From Chrysomallon squamiferum (lineage: Eukaryota > Animalia > Mollusca), in NCBI GenBank assembly GCA_012295275.1, contig CM022677.1:9238001-9302000 (forward strand): a stretch of DNA of 64,000 nucleotides, written 5' to 3'. Positions 1 to 14,600 of this stretch are shown piece by piece. The notes beneath the pieces are model-generated. The model worked only from the letters and a program-made list of their open reading frames with translations. It did not search any database and was not told the origin of the DNA. Position 1 is the first letter of the stretch. Every line of letters starts with the position of its first letter. The position numbers and the translations under genes are program-made.

Positions 1-572
1 TATCATAGACAGCAGAATAAAAATAAATAACGCAGCTTTTGTGATCGGAACGGAAGATAACGGTTATATTATGCATGATTACCTTACTATGCTTTACTAA
101 CGTTATATCGGTTGCTCGCCATTATAAATTATAAACATTCTCGTTTCGGTTCGGTTCTTTGCCGTCTGTTACGATAAACACACAGTGCCCGCGAATCTGC
201 AGAGGCGTAACATAAACCATTTAAGCAGATGACAACGATAAATAAATAAATAAGTAAACAAGATTTTAATTTGTGCAGTCTGTCTCTTTAATTTGGTATA
301 AAACGAGTTGTAAAATAATAACTGTTTCTTCCGGTCTGCATGCTGTATACTGAATTATGTGTATGAAATACAACTGTTACTAAAAACCATCTGATCCCTT
401 CTAAATAAATATATATAAACATTATTATTTTTTAATTAACATTTTCTTAATATATGTCATTTATTATATTTTCACTAAATGGGGACATTGTTTGTTAATG
501 CAAATTATTTTGTATTTATTACTTTGTACTCTTAATACTATTTCCACCACCATCATCATCATCATCATCATC

Positions 573-647
<75 letters not shown>

Positions 648-1441
648 GTCTGTCTCTCTCTATTTCTTTCATTGCATACGTTCCTATTTATTTACTTATT
701 TATTTATTTTATTGTTCATTTTTTATAATGTTTTTGTTTTTATGTATGTTTATAAAAATGGAGTTACCGTTTAACAATTTATAAATAATAAGGAAAGGAA
801 GAAAAAAGAAAGAAGAGAAAAAAAGAAAAGGAAAGAAACGAAAAAGAAAAATACTTTATGCATTTTCGATTTCTAACAATTCTCTCAGAGGGTATCGATT
901 GTCCAGGCATGTACTTTCAAAAATAACTTGTAAAACGCTCTATTAAAAACGAGACTCTTTGTGACCTTTGACACTACGTCAGATAGATCAGTTAAGCGCG
1001 CACGTATAGTCGCGCGAACTAATCCCCGCGGCGATGAACTGCCGCCTAACAGGAAAGCTGCCGTCTGCTTTGCAGTTCACGATGATTGACGAACCAGCTA
1101 TCGTAAATCTCCGGAGGATTCCGTATTTTTCTTTTTCCATGCAGCTCTTTAATCAACAGCAGATGAGAATTAATATCAAATGTACATTTTTTAAATTTAA
1201 TCTTTTTATTTTATTTTATTTTTTATTTATATTTTTATTTATTTATTTATTTTTTGATTTGCTATCACTTCGGTTTTTGTGTTTGTTTGTTTGGTTGTTG
1301 TTTTTTGTTTGTTTTTTTGTTTAGTATTCAATTTTTTTTCTCGCGTTTGTTACCTGTTATAACTTTTTAACGTTCTTATTTCATTGAGTTTATCAAAAAC
1401 TGACAAGATAAATATATTCATGTTCGTGTATGAGTGTGACG

Positions 1442-1527
<86 letters not shown>

Positions 1528-1654
1528 ATCTAGCAGGAATTTAAGGATACACACTGAACTTTTAAATTTCCTCTGTTAACCCGTAAATTATTAAGTAGGA
1601 AAAATCTATTTCATTTTGTTTCCCGTCATGCAATACTCCTTTACTAATCTCCGT

Positions 1655-1872
1655 ATTAATTAATATTTATGAGTTGTTAGTATATAAGTAACAATTAATA
1701 CAATTTATTAAATCTCTCAGTTAATATTTATGAACTGTCAATTATATAAGTAACAATTAATATTCTTTATTAACTCTGTGAATTAATAAATAATTTATGG
1801 GTTGGCAGTTATATGAGCACACCTTTTATTAAATCTCTGAAATAATTAATGTTTATGAGGGTGTCAGTTACG
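1655..1872. repeat. Degenerate ~55-60 bp minisatellite (about 4 copies)
   Basis: Recurring TAATATTTATGAG...AGTTATATAAGTAACAATTAATA...TTATTAAATCTCT motif. Confidence 0.6.
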
Positions 1873-2633
1873 TAACTGTAGTAATGAATTCAACGAATTC
1901 AACGTAACTAACGTTTCGAAAGGGCGTAGTAATCAAACTGTCGTAACCCAGCTGTCGTAAAACAGAAAAAGTACTGAAATACAAGGAACAAACGATGGAC
2001 TCTAACCCCAAATATAACAATTAACAAGAAAAACAAGCTGAACACTTTTCGCAAAGCCACGTGATTCAGCAATGAAAAACACACACAAATTACGAATTGT
2101 TAATTTGATATTCTAGATATTGATTTATTTGGTTTATAAATTTAGGCAGGGGCGGACCTAGGGTATGGGGAAATGGAGGCGCCGCTCTGTCTGCATGCAA
2201 TACTAATAAGTTTTAGTATGCAGATAACATTCAAGATGCAATAAATTTTAATGTAAGATAGAAGGAAGAATAATAATAAGCACAAAACGACAACAAACAA
2301 TACAACTGACATGCTGTTACTATTACCACAATTACTCCTACTTCTAACATACTATTACCATTATTTCTACTACCACTAGTATATGACTACCACCATTATA
2401 AATTACTACTCAACTACTACTATTACTGCTATTATTGATACTGGTGCTGCTGCTGCTACCACTGCTACCACTACTACTACAACTACTTCTACTATAACCA
2501 CCAGCACAGAACTGCCACACTGTTGCTTAATTATACTATTTCTTTTATTGTTACTACCACTTCAACCATTACAACAACTACCTCTACTACTACTTCTATT
2601 ACCAACACCATCATCACCATCCGCTGTACCAGT

Positions 2634-2727
<94 letters not shown>

Positions 2728-3591
2728 TCGTCTGTGGACAGACAATTCACCACGTCTGACTGACGACACAGAGTTTTCGTGTTTGTTACGCCTTCGATCA
2801 TCTTCGCGTCTTGGGAAGTCCGCGCGAGTACCGCTGCTTACGGCAAACAACGGAATCTGTCGCGGTCGCCACGAAACGGCTCAATCATTAAGTCAAAATG
2901 GTTTGTGTAAATTGTGGCATTGACAAAAATGCCGAAAATAACTCGCGATGTTCATTATAGCTCAAATGGCTGACATTATGCTCGCCTGTCGATGAATTTA
3001 CGTTGAAATGTTGAAACAAGAGAGAAGTTTATAATTGTTGCTAGAATCGAAAAATTATATGTCGATATAATGATCGAATTTAGAATGAATTTAGAATGCA
3101 GACAACTTGGATGGTGATAATTGTGATCAAACAGTCTTCTCTCGCATACAGTTTGATTATAATTAATAGAAACGCTCATATAATATAAATTTTGAAAAAT
3201 ACATTTATATGTGTGGTATGTATCTGAGTCTGTTGTTATATAAAGAAATAACTTACACTTAAAACAGTAGCTACATACATATATACACACCTACGTGTAA
3301 ACACACACGATATATAAATTAACTGATATAGACTACAGAGTCAGAGGAATACAGAGAGACAGACAGACACAGACAGACACAGACAGACAGCAGACAGGAA
3401 AAGAGACACACAGACTGATAGGGAGGCACAGACTGACAACTATATAGATAGGTAGATATACAGATAGATAGATAAGCTAGATAGGTAGATATATAGATAG
3501 ATAGATGTGCAGATATATAGATAGATAGATAGATAAGCTAGATAGGTAGATATATAGATAGATAGATAGACTGATATATATATATAGACAT

Positions 3592-3628
<37 letters not shown>

Positions 3629-4461
3629 CAGATATACAACTAGAGAGATTATATAGTATTTCGTATCTAAAATATTCTAACAACGAATTCTTTTATTCAT
3701 TTAACTTATTCTTTCTTTCTCACTTTTTTATCACCGAAAGGAAAATATTCCGGAAATTATTATACGAAGAATAACGACATTTACCGGAAGTCTGTTCCTT
3801 TACAAATATATTTTCGTCAAGTGATTGTAAGTAAATCTTTCAAATTTCTTCAAGTGGATTTTTAAAACCCATCTTTGGAAACGGCTTGAGTCACACAAAG
3901 AACTTGTAGTGCGACAATATCGATGTAAGAATTTATCACAGAAGAAGCGATTCATCTCCGGAAACACTCGAGCAGGAAATAGACTGGTACGGCACACAGT
4001 TCAATCAATGCAGCGTAACACTCGAGAAAAACGGATAACTGTTTCGTGTCGCTTACGCAGAAATATTGTATTCTTCCGATGATAGAGTCAACAACGACCA
4101 CACTGTCGGTTTGACTGCTTTATTATAAGAATTTCATCTTAATGCGAACGACAAATAAGATTAAATATGCAGTCTATTGATTCTGTTTGATCGCCGCCGC
4201 GCACTAATTGCGAGAACAATGAACGAGACTCTCTTTAAGCGTGGCTGAAACGAATTTTCTAGTTTAGTTAACACTTCACGCAGAGTCTTTGAAGTAGTCG
4301 AGTTGTCTTCTCTTTTAAAATGCAGGGGGCGTTTTCGTTGAATAAACAATTGTTGAGTCCAGTCTGTTGTCGCGAAACATCCATGCATGATCTCTGTCTC
4401 TGTTTGGTTTCAGTATATATATATAGAGAGAGAGAGACAGATTAACATTAGATATGTCTTC

Positions 4462-4540
<79 letters not shown>

Positions 4541-5426
4541 CAACTGATTACGTGCATCTGCCTGTCAGTATGTACTTGTTATTTGTCTGTATAGATATGT
4601 CTGTCCATTTAGCTACAATTTTGTTATCTCTCAGTATCATCCACCCCAACAGTTAATGTGGGAGTGTATGGGCGTGTGTGAGTGTGTGTGTGTGTCTATC
4701 TATCATCTATTTTTCTTTCTTTTTTTGCTTTCTTTTTTCTTCCTATATGTGTGTGCGTGGGTTTATGTACGCGCATGTGTAGGTGTTTTTGTTTGTGTAT
4801 GTATGTACGTCTGTATATATATATAATCAGGATCATTAATAGCTATATATTATTTAAAATTCTTGCTGTGTTCAGTAATAGATAAGCAATTAAAACAGAC
4901 TTTATTAAACGTACTGACAGTTTCTCCTTGCACAGATGACATGTCGGCACGAACAGTAAGGCGTTATTAATTTTCGTTTCATAAAATATTCACAAATTTA
5001 TACTTAACCGGTGCCTTTGTCTATAAAATACGCAATTAGTAGAGGTTTAATGGATTTGTACGTTACAATACTCCAGTCTTAGTAACGGCACACACTTGCA
5101 TCGCCTGATAGAATTATTAAACAAATATTAAATTTAAACGTTAATTAAGTTACGTTTTCTACGTATTTATGTACAATTAATATTCAGACAGATAGATTAG
5201 GTTTGTCTGAATAAAGGGAATATTAAGAAACGTTAGCCTGTATTAAATTTCTTAAGGTTTCTTTCGTTATTGTTTCTTCTGTCAGAGTAATAATGTTAGT
5301 AGTAGCAGTAGCAGTAATGTTAGATAATGTAGTAAAGTCTTTATTTCAAAGTAATATTATTAGTAGTAAATATCAAGTAAGAAAATATTTGTTTTGATGT
5401 AATATATATATATATATAGAGAGAGA

Positions 5427-5508
<82 letters not shown>

Positions 5509-6296
5509 GAGAGAGACAAAAGCAGGTACTAATTTTTTTTTTGATTTCAAGAAGCAGAAATTTAATTAGCCGATCATTTGATTTCTACAGTCGAAAATAA
5601 AAACAGAAAGAAACCGAAAAATTAATGTCTTATTTCACATGTGAATATTTCTGTTATAATATTCATTTATTTTTTTTATTTTTTTATTTTGCTCTTTCGC
5701 TGATTTAGTCTGATAAATGAAAAACCTTTTTCACAAATACTTTACATATTATAAAGTATTTGTTACTTTCGAAAGTCCAGTAAAGATGAAGGAATACAAA
5801 GGGTGTTTATTAAAATATCGATGGGTCTGTGATAAGTGAATTAGGAATATCTAATTTACAATTAATGTAATTAGTTTCTGGTTCCGTTATGTCAACCGAT
5901 ACCAATTTGATCTCGAACTCAATCAAACGACAGAAGGGTTAAAAAATAAATTAAGTTGAACGTAAACACAAAAGACAGGAACCAGCTTGACAGAACACAG
6001 ATTTTTACACGAAGACCAATTAACTTTCATAGATTTACTTGATGTTGTACAGCGACTGCCTTTGATAATCTAGAGCGCACACACGTACGTACTACTATAT
6101 ACATACATACAATACATACATATATGTACCCGCCAGTGCGTACCCGAATATTGTCTATATGCAGGGTCCAGTCAGATGAACATTTGACGAGAATATTCAA
6201 AATCCTAAACTACGTATCTAAGTATACATACATATATACAAACGTACGTACGTAAATACACACATACATGCATACATGAATGTACGTAATTGATTA

Positions 6297-6386
<90 letters not shown>

Positions 6387-6589
6387 TTACTGTAAGATTT
6401 TGTTAAGTCAACACGTTTGACTTCAGAATAAAGAAGGCTCGACTCAAGGGAATGTTGTTTAAATTTGTCACATAGGTGGCTCAAAATAGTTTCTTAAATT
6501 ACTACAGAACATCGTGTTTTGTTTTGGTAACTCATCTGTACTTTTTCTGAGACTGTTTATATAAATCCAAAATACCAAAGTGAAAATCT

Positions 6590-6690
<101 letters not shown>

Positions 6691-7004
6691 AGATACACAA
6701 TGATTAAAAGGAATGATCTCTAGATTCATAACCGTCATTAAACAGAATTGCTTTCCTGCTTGTAAATTAAACATATTATAAAAACAGAAACAAGGAAAAA
6801 ATAAAATATTCATGTGTTTTGTTTCTGAGGTATTGATTTTTATTATGTTGAAATTATCGCTGTTACAATTGCTTTAAATAAATATTTCATTTAACAAATG
6901 TTGGCTTCTTACTTTTATGTAATATATAGTAATTACCTAGCAGATTAGTTTATTGTTACAGAGACGTATTCTTTAAAACAGCAACAACAAAAACAACAAG
7001 AACA

Positions 7005-7050
<46 letters not shown>

Positions 7051-8077
7051 TAGAATAAAAAATGAAAAGAACACGTAAACAGAAATTAAAAAATTATAAT
7101 AATAATAAAAATAGTTGTATTGTTTCATCTCTGTTACGTTAGTTAAATTTGTTACTGAGTTTGTGTACCCATGTTTCTCTACGTGATTTCTCTACTTGAC
7201 TTATTTGTCACTATTAGTGTTTCACTTTTTTTGTTGTTTTCCTTGGTTTGAGAGATTAATGCACATTATGTATATTAATATTAGAGATATATATGAAGTC
7301 TTTCTTAACAACAGAAGAAAACTTTGTTTATCCTTAAATATTTTGTTCAGGTTGTTCACCCAGTATCGTCGTTATAAAAGAAAGTGATTACAACAAACAC
7401 AGCGCACTAAAGGAGTAGAAACACACAACATAACGCCGAACAGTTAGAGCGTTCATAAACCACTGAAATAACTAAAACAGTAATAATACTAATACTACTA
7501 CTAATAATAATACTAATACTAATACTAATACTAATACTAATACTAATACTACTACTAACTACTACTAATAATAATAATAAAATAAAATTATAATGAGGGA
7601 GAGAAAAAAAAAAGAAACAAGGAATAAAAAAGATAACATGAAAATAAGAAATATAAACAAATAAAGAGAGAGATAAATAAATGTATTAAAAAGAGGGAAA
7701 TAAATAAGTAAAAACAGTAACTAAATGAATAATAATAGTTTTTTTTTTAAAAAGCAGCAATTAATAAAATAAATAAAACAAAATTAAATTAAATCAAATT
7801 AAATTAAATTAACTAAAATAGAATAAAATAGAATAGAATAAACGTAAAAATTAAAAAAGCCAATAAACTGAAATAAAATAAAATAAAATAAAATAAAATA
7901 AAATTAATAATAATATAAAAACCCAGAAGAGTAAACAGAAAACACACATACAAACACAAAAGTCCATAATTAAATTAAATTAAACTAAATTAAAATAAAT
8001 GAGATGAAAAAAAAATAAAATAAAATAAAATAAAATAGTAAAAAAAAAAGAAGGTAAATAAATGTAAATAAACTTAC

Positions 8078-8105
8078 CTCTTTTCCTATACTCGTCAAAA
8101 TCCAT
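8078..8105 (-). CDS. HDC: First coding exon of a histidine decarboxylase-like (group II PLP decarboxylase) gene; remainder lies beyond the left edge of the window
   Basis: Minus strand reads ATG GAT TTT GAC GAG TAT AGG AAA AGA G|GTAAGT = MDFDEYRKR(G) followed by a perfect donor. Matches the HDC N-terminus (Drosophila MDFKEYRQRG, human MMEPEEYRERG), with the phase-1 intron in the Gly codon as I recall for human HDC. Only 28 nt visible; TDC/DDC not fully excluded. No KEMVDYI exon found in 1-8077. Confidence 0.7.
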
Positions 8106-9199
8106 GATTTCTGTCTGAAAATCTTCCGAAACTTTTCTTTCAACCGAGCGACGTCTGCCACGTCGTATTTATACAATTCTGACTCGCCTCGACTCCCACG
8201 CAGTTTGTTGAAACTTTGGCTCGTATCTGATGACGACGACGTCGACGATAATGATGATGATGTTGATGAAAATGCGGGTTTTGCTTTGGCTACTTTTCGC
8301 TATCTGTCTTCTGCACAGAGGTAGATAGGAGAGCTGAATGTTGTCTACAAAATTACTTTGAGCATATGAAGAAGTATGGCTAGTGTAGTTTTGTTCATAG
8401 TGACGAAACAAAAAGATTATTGTTCCGAAGAAAGTACTCGTTTTAAAATATACCAATTTTTGGCGGTTTGTCAGTTTCTGTCCTTTGAATATAAAGAAAC
8501 AAATTCGTCGTTTCTGTCCGCACAGTACAGTCACGGTTCTTGCAGTCTTCTCAGTCAAACGAAACAATAAGTTCGTTTTCAAATTCGTTCTTTTCGCCTG
8601 TGCAAAATATTCAGAGTTTTTGCAAAGACGTCTGAATCAGTGAAACAAAATCTTCCTTTTCAGATTCGTTCTTTAGTTATTTAAGTAAAATATTTGCAGT
8701 CTTCTAATTCAAATAAATAAAAATAAATGTTCTATTTTCAAATTTTAGTTTTTGCAAAGTCTTCTAATTCTGTAGAATTTCAGATATTCTTTCAAAAATA
8801 GTTTGAAATATTTTTTACCTCTTTTCTTGAACTGTTCAACAGAAGTGATCAACTGACATTAAACATACATATCTCTAATATTTCAATTTAACGATTTAAA
8901 TTCAATAAGTTGAATGCATAAAGTTTAAAAGTCGCATATAAACAATAACGAATTAAAAATATTCTTAGATGGTCGCTTTTGGCAAACGAATCAAAACAAA
9001 CTACACTCAAAACAAATTTTCTCTCGATCCTTGTAATAATTCTTCTTAAAACTTCTTGCCACAAAAAAAGTTTTGAATTCAAGAGGTCAAAATGAAGAAG
9101 TGAAAATCTCGTCAATGATTTTTATCAACACCAGACACGACCGTGGAGAAAGTGCGAGCTACGGAGTCGTCCTGATCAATATACGACAGTGTGAAGACT

Positions 9200-9400
9200 T
9201 ACGACTCTGATTTTATTAAAGCTCGAGTCTCCTAACGTGATAGGTCCGCGCCAAGTCACTTGCCTGGCTATTGGTGGTCCGCTTTTTCTGAAAGCGGTGG
9301 AATTTAGTGACGTCACTTCCTCGGGAACGTTTCTCGAGTGCTGGTTGTCTTTCTGCGGAGAAATGGTTGTTGGTGAGTTGCGCAATGTTACGGAAACCAG
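9200..9400 (-). promoter_or_regulatory. Putative promoter of the HDC-like gene
   Basis: Locally GC/CpG-rich island ~1.1 kb upstream of the ATG; palindromic CRE GTGACGTCAC (9307-9316) overlapping an ETS core (CACTTCC), CCAAT on minus (9270-9274), TATA-like TTTAATAAAA (9211-9220, minus). Confidence 0.4.
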
Positions 9401-9594
9401 CTGAAATTCTCCGAGGTTCTTAATTTCCTCCTTCATGTGATAGCAATCCCCAGCAATAATACTAGGAAACTCTATCACTGTGGTCACCGTTTTAACATCA
9501 TGTCGAAACAGAAAGAGGTAAAAAAAAAAAAAAAAAAATTATATATATATATAAAAATATATATAAAAAAAAAAAAAATAATAATGAATGAATA

Positions 9595-9634
<40 letters not shown>

Positions 9635-9784
9635 TCGATATATAAATTAAAAAAAACACTTAAAAAATATATATATACTGAACTGTTTATTTAAAAATAT
9701 AATAATAATAATAATATATTATTATTATTTTCTTTGTCGTAATTGTTTTTTCATTAGTTAGCCATTCCATTAGCAAGAGTTTAC

Positions 9785-9849
<65 letters not shown>

Positions 9850-9854
9850 CTACT

Positions 9855-9897
<43 letters not shown>

Positions 9898-10051
9898 CTT
9901 TTCTTTAATCTGTCTATATAATCTGTCTGTCTGTCTACCTATTTAATCTATCTATCAATCTATCTATCTCGCTTTCTTTAGTTTTCCCCTCTTTCTCTCT
10001 ATATCTCATGCTTATATTCTCTTTATCTGTAAATTCATATAAGCATTCTTT

Positions 10052-10148
<97 letters not shown>

Positions 10149-11305
10149 CGCTTTTACCTTCGCTTTAAATCAGCTTAAGGTAATTAGTCTCCTTCTTTTG
10201 TGTGAAGAGAAGACGTGTCTGTGTAAGAAGCTCACGTTGAGTGTTGTGATATTTTTATAATCTCGTTTCCCAGTCGCGGCCTGTCAGCGCTCGCGGGACG
10301 CTGCTACTAAAAACCATTTAGATGCGCTAAAAAGACGGAGGAGAAAACAACGAGAAGAAGATAATATTAATTCACGTGATATTAATTAGCATCGGGACCA
10401 AAATAGTTTAAGATTCTCTCAGATTTCAGTATAAATATGTCGACTGAGTTGAACGATTGGTATAATAGTGATAATAATAATAATAATAATAATAATATGT
10501 AACGATCTGTGAATGTTTATTTCCAGTCGGCTCTAGAATTATAATGTGTCTGTCTGTCTGTCTATCTGTCTGTATGTCTGCATATTTTATCAGTCTGTCT
10601 ATCGATTTCTCTGTCTGCCTACCTATCTACGGTATATCTATATATGTCTTTTAAACTAAGTTAGCTCACATAATTTGCTCACAATTATGGTATCAAAAAA
10701 TAAAGACAAAACAAAATGATAATAATGATAATAATAATAATAAATAAATAAATAAATAAAAAATATCAAAAAATAAATAAAATAAAATAAAATAAATTAA
10801 ATTAAAATAAATAAATAAAAATTATTTTATTTAATGGTTAAGTAAACGCTCGTTCAGTCACTTAAACATACGTCCATTAAACAAATATAATACTGTTCCT
10901 GTAAAGCGTCTTACACAACACATGCAAAGGTTTGGTTATGATAACGAGCTACACGTGATATGTAACTAACACAGTCATGGCTGCCGCTGCAGTACGAACT
11001 CACACATACTGCATCTTCGCTCGTCCTTTCTGTCTCAATTTAATTTGTTTCTGTCTTTCGTTCCCGCTGCGACGTCTTGTTTGGAAATCGTCTAAGACTA
11101 AATCTGGACATGAACCAGCTTCTTGTGTGGTGTCTGAAGCAATTCTATCTTTTAAAACTGGTCCTGTCCAGCTTTCTGTTTGTCCACTCATTTGATGTGT
11201 TGTGTTATACACGTACCGCATTTTATCTAATAAGTCGACGAAGCAAAACTCTCGTAATGATATTATTTCATTCCCGTCTCTCTCCCTCCCTCCCCCTCCC
11301 TCCCT

Positions 11306-11377
<72 letters not shown>

Positions 11378-11677
11378 CACTCACTTACTTATAAGTGTAC
11401 ACTAGCAGAAGAAACAGATTCCTTTGACAACATGATTTTAGAAAAGAGAAACAAAGAACAGTAATAAGACAAACGAGCATCTTTCCCTGCCAAGATGTCT
11501 GACTGACTCAGAGGATGTAGACATTTCCAAGACTCATTTACACTCCATGATGTAGGTCGATTCACAGAGAACTTTCATCATCATCATCACCATCATCATC
11601 ATCATTATTAACATAATACATTATCATCATTATTATCTTTCATCATCTTCATCTTTATCTTTTTCTTCTTGTTCCGT

Positions 11678-11742
<65 letters not shown>

Positions 11743-11911
11743 TAATAATAATAATAAATTAATTCGTAAACTCCTGTAGCTTATTATTATTATTAATGTT
11801 ATGGCTGTAATACTCATAGACTACTAATAATTATAATAAAACTTACAGTCATAGTCATGGAAGAGATGCTTTGTTCGTTTTATGTACTTAACTTATTTAA
11901 TTGACTAAATA

Positions 11912-11948
<37 letters not shown>

Positions 11949-12099
11949 TAAATTAAATAAATAAAAATAACAAAGTATACTTTTATATTTAAGTAAGTAA
12001 GAAAATAAGTAATTATATATATATATAAGAATAAACTTTTATATCTTCTTTTATTTTATTTTCGCCAGACAGACAACGCTTGTTAAAAAAAGATAAGGT

Positions 12100-12260
12100 T
12101 TCTGACGTCACGAGATGTATCCTCGTTATTGATTGGTCGATACTTGATGAGCGCTGTCAAGGAAACAGATTTGGAGAATACTTAACTCCGGAAGTACAAA
12201 TTTCCTCTTGACCAAACTATTATATTCTGTTTGTTAAATGATTATAATCGTTAGGTATTT
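12100..12260 (+). promoter_or_regulatory. Promoter-like motif cluster followed by a splice donor
   Basis: CRE TGACGTCA 12103-12110, reverse CCAAT (GATTGG) ~12131-12136, ETS CCGGAAGT 12188-12195, TAG|GTATTT donor-like site at 12254/12255. Confidence 0.35.
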
Positions 12261-12310
12261 TTTTTTTTTTTTTTTTGAAGTGTGCCTTAAATAGTCGTCT
12301 TATAATAGAC

Positions 12311-13278
12311 ATCAATCTTGTAATAATGATACTTGATAATATCTATATATATATAACATCAGTATGCAGGTGATCAATCTTGTAATAATGATACTTGATA
12401 ATATCTATATATATATAACATCAGTATGCAGGTGATCAATCTTGTAATAATGATACTTGATCAATCTTATAATAATGATACTTGATCAATCTTGTAATAA
12501 TATATATATCTGTATATATATAACATCAGTATGCAGGTGATCAATCTTGTAATAATGATACTTGATAATATCTATATATATATAACATCAGTATGCAGGT
12601 GATCAATCTTGTAATAATGATACTTGATAATATCTATATATATATAACATCAGTATGCAGGTGATCAATCTTGTAATAATGATACTTGATAATATCTATA
12701 TATATATAACATCAGTATGCAGGTGATCAATCTTGTAATAATGATACTTGATAATATCTATATATATATACATCAGTATGCAGGTGATCAATCTTGTAAT
12801 AATGATACTTGATAATATCTATATATATATAACATCAGTATGCAGGTGATCAATCTTGTAATAATGATACTTGATAATATCTATATCTATATACATCAGT
12901 ATGCAGGTGATCAATCTTGTAATAATGATACTTGATAATATCTATATATATATAACATCAGTATGCAGGTGATCAATCTTGTAATAATGATACTTGATAA
13001 TATCTATATATATATAACATCAGTATGCAGGTGATCAATCTTGTAATAATGATACTTGATAATATCTATATATATATACATCAGTATGCAGGTGATCAAT
13101 CTTGTAATAATGATACTTGATAATATCTATATACATCAGTATGCAGGTGATCAATCTTGTAATAATGATACTTGATAATATCTATATATATATAACATCA
13201 GTATGCAGGTGATCAATCTTGTAATAATGATACTTGATAATATCTATATATATATATATACATCAGTATGCAGGTGAT
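12311..13278. repeat. ~60-bp minisatellite, about 16 copies
   Basis: Unit ATCAATCTTGTAATAATGATACTTGATAATATCTA(TA)nACATCAGTATGCAGGTG repeated nearly identically; variation mostly in the TA tract. Confidence 0.95.
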
Positions 13279-13634
13279 TTTGTTTAAGATGTGAAGTAAT
13301 ACGCGTACTCTTTCTCAGAAATAAACAACGCAACTGTTTTTACAGACACTTGTAGGAACTGGTAACTTACTGTATGCCCCACAGCTGCCGACTGTCAGTG
13401 TATTGTGACGTCACTACAGCATAATGAGTTCAAAGGTGGCGCTGCGTCAGATACGAACACTGATGTTTTGTAGTCTACATGTAGATCCCTACATATGAAG
13501 AAAATAAATAAATAAATAAAAATAACCATTATTAATACTGCAGCTGTTACCTTCAGTAACAAATCAGAAGAATAACTCAAGTATAATCGTTACTAGGCTG
13601 CAAAATGTACTGTTTATACATACATACATACATA

Positions 13635-13716
<82 letters not shown>

Positions 13717-14556
13717 ACATTTGAATGTTTGATTTCTTTTTGAAGAACGGGGATTCCTTGTAGCGAGTTAAAAAAGAAAAAGAAAAAAAGTAAAACATAA
13801 TAATTTTAAAAAAGAAGAAACAAATAATGTTTAATAATTATAACAACAACAACAAAAACAGTAATAAACTATCTTAAATTTGTTTCTTACTACGATGGAA
13901 AATAGGCACTGGTAAGATTCGATCCCGCTTCAACAAACACAGTCCACATTTCGCTATCTCTATCAAATACGATTCCATTTCTTTGAGTTAGTGATATCTA
14001 ATTTAGGAAGTAATCAAACGAAACGAAATGTTCCGTTATACACACGTATTCACAAAACAGGTGCCAGGCAGAGAGGTCAAGATTTGACATGGAACACTAA
14101 TTTGATATTTGATCGACTTTTTAATAAAAATATGTGATTTTGTTTGGTTATGAGGTCTTTGTCTGACTGTCAGTCAGTATTCATGATGACAGAGACTGGA
14201 TTCTATTGCGGTGTCATTTGATTCTGATAAGCTAGCTGTTCGTACTATAGGTACTGCTGTTTATGAGATTTCTTTTACTCCTGTCAAACGTAAAAGCTAA
14301 TTAACCCCTCTCTCTCCCTCTTTCTCTCAAATTGTGCAAAGCTAATGTAATTATTAATCTGTCAGTACAATTTATATTATTTCTCTTTTCAGTCAGTGTC
14401 TCTACACACACGAAATCTATTTATTTAACGAAAATGAAAGATGATAGAAATAGTATTATCAACGTTACTGGATTATTGAGTATGGGAGGTAACTCTAATT
14501 TTAGTTATGTTATTGATAAATGCCGATAACCTCCCCTTAACTAACGATAACTTTTT

Positions 14557-14600
<44 letters not shown>

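Noticed and set aside
2147-2192. CAGGGGCGGACCTAGG possible transposon terminus
   Set aside because: Single fragment without a matching opposite end or TSD
7985-8176. 63-aa ORF MYKYDVAD...
   Set aside because: Starts at TTG in a different frame; the overlapping MDFDEYRKRG frame explains the splice donor
11468-11880. Short imperfect inverted repeat (GAGCATCTTTCC / GGAAGAGATGCTT)
   Set aside because: Too short and imperfect; no TSD or further arm extension seen
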